Shown here in pieces: positions 61,921-64,000 of a stretch of 64,000 nucleotides of DNA; positions within the stretch are counted from its first letter, which is position 1, and each line of letters opens with the position of its first letter. The stretch comes from Tubiluchus corallicola (lineage: Eukaryota; Animalia; Priapulida), in assembly GCA_030141605.1 (NCBI GenBank), contig JAQGDQ010000260.1, positions 257,283 to 321,282 of the forward strand, in the 5' to 3' direction. Below the pieces are notes generated by a model. That model had not been told where the DNA came from. It saw only the letters and a program-made list of their open reading frames with translations, and searched no databases. The position numbers were made by a program, and so were the translations under genes.

Positions 61921-64000
61921 CTCCTCTACATGTGCAAAAAAATCTTTGAAACCTTGGAAGAATCTACTCCAAAATCTCTGTTAAGAGATAAACTGATACT
62001 TATCACGGTGAGATTTAAGAACAGACACAATATAACTAAATTTTTGGAGAACTACATAAGAACATAAGATTTTAAACTTACAAGAAAGTCTTATATACAA
62101 AAACAAGATGAAAAGTCACAGATTGGATGTTACGATGGATTACTGGACTAATTTGTAGCAAGATGTTCTATTTTAGTTATAAAAAATTCCCTGTATAAAG
62201 AACTTTTTAACAAATAGAAATAAGTAAAAAGTAAACCTACCTAGGTCTGATAAATTAAAAATGAAATAACGGTTCAAGCAAACTGTTATCTCACACCTAT
62301 GATAATAACTATCAATGCTAACAACAATATCTAGTTCCGGTTAAGCCTGAATATTATCTAGATCATCATAATTGACAATTTACAATTTGACATATTAGGT
62401 TGAGTTTACCACATACCAGCCGGTGTGTTCGAGAGCTGACATGTAATATGTTAATTGATAATCATCAATGTTACGAGCCTAGACAAGCTTATATTATATG
62501 TTTTGATGTTGCGTGGATCCGCCCTCAATTAGCCATTTTGTATTGAGTGAGAGTTGAGTGGTTTCGGTTCAAGAATAATGGAATAAGTGGCTAGTTTAGC
62601 AGAAAATTGTGTTTCCAGAAGAAAAGGTTGTTTTGCGTGTTTTTATGCGAGCGATTTAAATAACACTTAACGTGAGAAGAGCAATTGACGGAATCATCGA
62701 ACCGGAGGCTACTTTTTACACGAAATTGATTTATTTTGTAGGAATACATGTAACGAATGAATTATCGAATAAATGGCTACTTTTTAGTTTTTAGGAAAAA
62801 ATTATAAAGTTTAGTTATTACTTGTAAGCAATTTGAATTAGCTATTCATTTTAACGCCCAATTAATAAAAAAATACGGATATTCAAGGCCGTATTTAAAG
62901 CTATACTACAATTCAAGTTTTTCAATTCAAGTTAAAGAAGCAAAAAACAAGTTCTTTCTTATTTTAGTCTTACGCATGCGCATAGAAAAAGCGCCTCTAG
63001 TACTACGGGATACAACTTTTAACATCAAGAGTCTTTACCATTAATAAAGAAATCAAAATCCCATGGGTTTTTTTATTAATCAGAGCAAAATTTATTTCAA
63101 GCTTGCTTATCGCTAAAATTTGTTTCATTGTTTAAGGATTCTAGAGTTCAAGCCAGTGACACACGTTTCTGTCACAGTAGAACTACTTTTTACAAAACCC
63201 AGCACAGTTTTTGAGCTAGCATGTTTGAGAAGTCAAGTTTCAGTCAAATAAGTTTCACTGACTTGGACTCTTTTAATCGAACGAGTCCACGAGACTAAAT
63301 AAAGGAGTTTATTGGTGCTAGCCGTACAAAAGTGTGTGCATAAGAACAATTAAGTGACCCAAAGATGGCTGCGAATTTGGAATGTTTTTGCGCCAAAGCA
63401 AAAGGCCTGTTTACCTTCAACGATTAAAATTATTTAGGTATAATAAAAATGACTCACCAATGGCTTTCGTAAGTAACAATTAAAAAGTTTTATAAACTGA
63501 AAAACTACCTCCAAAAATTATCCATTTAAGAAAAAACAGAAACGTGGAGATGAAATGTCATTAACCGTATTGTGACCTGAAGTGTTAAGCAAATAAATAA
63601 ATAGATGAATAAGCAAATAAATAAGTAAAAGCCTTAAATGTAGCCGTGTATCTAAAAACAACAGAAACTTGTTTCTACGCTTCAGTAACAAAAAACCCCC
63701 AAACCCTGAACATTGCTAATGAATGTACATTTGCTTTTCAAAGGTAATTTGGGTGCCATTTGTTAAAATTGGTTAAAAATGCAGGCCTACTGTGAAACGC
63801 TTATTAATATTCGATATTTCACGTGTTCCATACAATTACGTAAAATTTATGCATTTATTGGAAGATCTATATTTTTATGCTTAACCGACTTTCAACTTAA
63901 TTTGTTACATAATTATAGCATAGAAAAGGCTTGATGCTGACTCAGTCAGTCAACAAGTCAGTGAGTAAGTCAATCAAATAGTCAGGTAGACCACAGATAC

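Noticed and set aside
60869-62526. CAGTGGCGGATCCA ... TGGATCCGCCCTC as TIRs of a larger hAT enclosing the 61.5-kb element
   Set aside because: The right terminus is imperfect and there is no TSD, so the pairing cannot be supported.

Overview
AT-rich, microsatellite- and transposon-dense eukaryotic DNA, most likely an invertebrate animal; no prokaryotic operons, CRISPR arrays, rRNA or intact tRNA genes were seen. Two spliced minus-strand genes were reconstructed by hand with GT-AG junctions and consistent reading-frame phases. (1) An L1/neuroglian-type immunoglobulin cell-adhesion gene: six Ig exons (4301 down to 412, Ig1-Ig3) that continue off the left edge. They join in phase, across an 8.7-kb intron, to a 236-codon first exon (13719-13011). 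That exon encodes a signal peptide plus an unusual ~220-aa disordered Pro/Gly/Asp/Tyr-rich region with a basic patch and repeated DY/F-x-K-S-N motifs; this is the most unusual feature in the window. (2) An unrecognised coiled-coil/acidic protein gene (exons 31084-30930, 30072-29817, 29246-27933) with two in-phase candidate first coding exons, one with a signal peptide (31848-31687) and one without (48536-48483). The rest is intronic or intergenic. It holds several hAT MITEs (one with a perfect 8-bp TSD), a solo LTR with a 5-bp TSD, a Helentron/HINE-type element, two related CR1/L2-type LINE 3' ends with a covarying 3' stem, long palindromic elements (some with tRNA-like heads), a near-perfect 132-bp hairpin, a 43-bp minisatellite and many simple repeats. 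Most long entries in the ORF track are microsatellite artefacts. All family assignments come from recalled motifs, not database searches.
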